Source: Coriobacteriales bacterium
Lineage (GTDB): Bacteria; Actinomycetota; Coriobacteriia; Coriobacteriales; UBA8131
Length of the DNA stretch: 64,000 nt
Direction of reading: 5' to 3'
NCBI GenBank assembly: GCA_031277035.1
Contig: JAISLY010000048.1
Span: forward strand, 1,629-65,628
In this document: positions 63,385-64,000 of the stretch, in pieces
How the letters are laid out: each line of letters starts with the position of its first letter
Numbering within the stretch: position 1 is the first letter of the stretch
The notes under the pieces: generated by a model
Database searches by the model: none
Told to the model about the DNA's origin: nothing
The model's input: the letters and a program-made list of their open reading frames with translations, nothing else
Position numbers and translations under genes: made by a program

Positions 63385-63560
63385 TTTATGGCTCGACCAT
63401 CTCGCTGGTAGCGCTCGGGCTCGGTGCAGCCTTGATGATTGCCGTCAGGTCGCTGGGCTTGCTTTTGGTGTTGCTGCACTGTTTGCTCATACCCGCGGCT
63501 TCACTCCCTCGCTTCTTTACCGATAGATTTAAAGATTGCAGATTACAGATCCAGCCATAA
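63357..63560 (+). CDS. possible 67-aa two-TM membrane peptide
   Basis: The ORF overlaps the 3' end of the previous gene by 28 nt. It has two hydrophobic helices (STISLVALGLGAALMIAV and LGLLLVLLHCLLIPAA). Third-codon positions are G/C-rich. No clear SD is present. Confidence 0.3.
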   Translation: MDYPPSLGLIYGSTISLVALGLGAALMIAVRSLGLLLVLLHCLLIPAASLPRFFTDRFKDCRLQIQP

Positions 63561-64000
63561 AGCGGGGCGGACACCGCTGTCGTCGTCTTCGACGTAGTCG
63601 CCGCCGACGTCCACGTAACCGTCACTGTCGACAACGGCGGCATAAACCAGGCGGCGACCGGGCGAACGCAGCCACCACCAAAGACTCGCTCCTTGGTATT
63701 TCGCCACACGGTGGCTGTCGCTATTGAAGTACCATTTTACCTCGTCGATGCTGAGCAGGAAGACTTTGTCACGGGTGGGGTTACCGCCTGAAGCGCTCCG
63801 CCATCCAAGGTGGCTGGGGTTCTGGTTGATGACCTCGACGATGCGGCTCTTGAAATATGCGGGAAGGCTGTTGTAGTATGCATTGTTCAGCCACGTCCGC
63901 AAAGTGCACCCTTCCCAGGTGATTTTACCACTGGATCGATGATACGGCATCTGTGCGATGATTCCTTTTGCTATGTAGAGGGCACGGTTGTTCGCATTGT
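63543..64000 (-). CDS. DUF6273-like domain protein, C-terminal part (5' end outside window)
   Basis: The frame stays open upstream of the listed Met to the window edge (...NANNRALYIAKGIIAQMPYH...). The pattern W.GCTLRTWLN...FLLSIDEV...WWWLRSPG...GVRPALWL matches a domain I recognise from secreted or surface proteins. Confidence 0.6.
   Translation of the reverse strand, partial: NANNRALYIAKGIIAQMPYHRSSGKITWEGCTLRTWLNNAYYNSLPAYFKSRIVEVINQNPSHLGWRSASGGNPTRDKVFLLSIDEVKWYFNSDSHRVAKYQGASLWWWLRSPGRRLVYAAVVDSDGYVDVGGDYVEDDDSGVRPALWLDL

Noticed and set aside
61600-63560. Low-GC islet as a recognisable mobile element (IS, prophage remnant or ICE)
   Set aside because: I could find no transposase, integrase, terminal inverted repeats or flanking direct repeats. 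It is treated as an anonymous horizontally acquired islet.

Overview
This is a 64-kb chromosomal segment from a high-G+C organism. Hand counts of typical 60-nt lines give about 65-68% GC. The gene content fits an anaerobic Actinomycetota, probably Coriobacteriia-like: a Tat-exported flavoprotein reductase, a tig-clpP-clpX-valS-folC array, and many Ala/Gly/Pro low-complexity insertions. I call about 55 protein genes, one tRNA-Gly(UCC), and a set of promoters, terminators and intergenic repeats.

Gene blocks in order:
1. A flavoprotein with a divergent LysR regulator.
2. Acylating aldehyde dehydrogenase-ptb-buk, with a divergent URO-D/MtaA-like gene.
3. A fused folK-rsmI gene and xth.
4. Transporters, then thrS, folC, valS, clpX, clpP and tig.
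5. A 7TM-GGDEF cyclase.
6. A five-gene operon joining an ECF importer module to a heterodimeric ABC exporter.
7. tRNA-Gly, pstSCAB, a response regulator and a sensor-less histidine kinase.
8. degV, copZ, pirin, a REC-degenerate-GGDEF protein and cca.
9. An orphan glycyl-radical-enzyme (GRE) locus with unusual partners: a second URO-D paralog, an 85-aa four-Cys protein, VOC, Zn-ADH, activase, nitroreductase and a LysE exporter.
10. A BMP-type ABC importer.
11. metY plus a NitT/TauT-type ABC importer, behind a long structured leader.
12. A 1.9-kb low-GC islet (about 38-48% GC) encoding a toxin-antitoxin-like pair (small protein plus a TacT-like GNAT-fold protein), a possible PD-(D/E)xK protein and a small membrane ORF.

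The GRE locus (block 9) and the low-GC islet (block 12) are the best candidates for undescribed biology. I saw no CRISPR array, rRNA, IS element or integrase. All family assignments come from reading motifs in the supplied translations and DNA. No database search was run.
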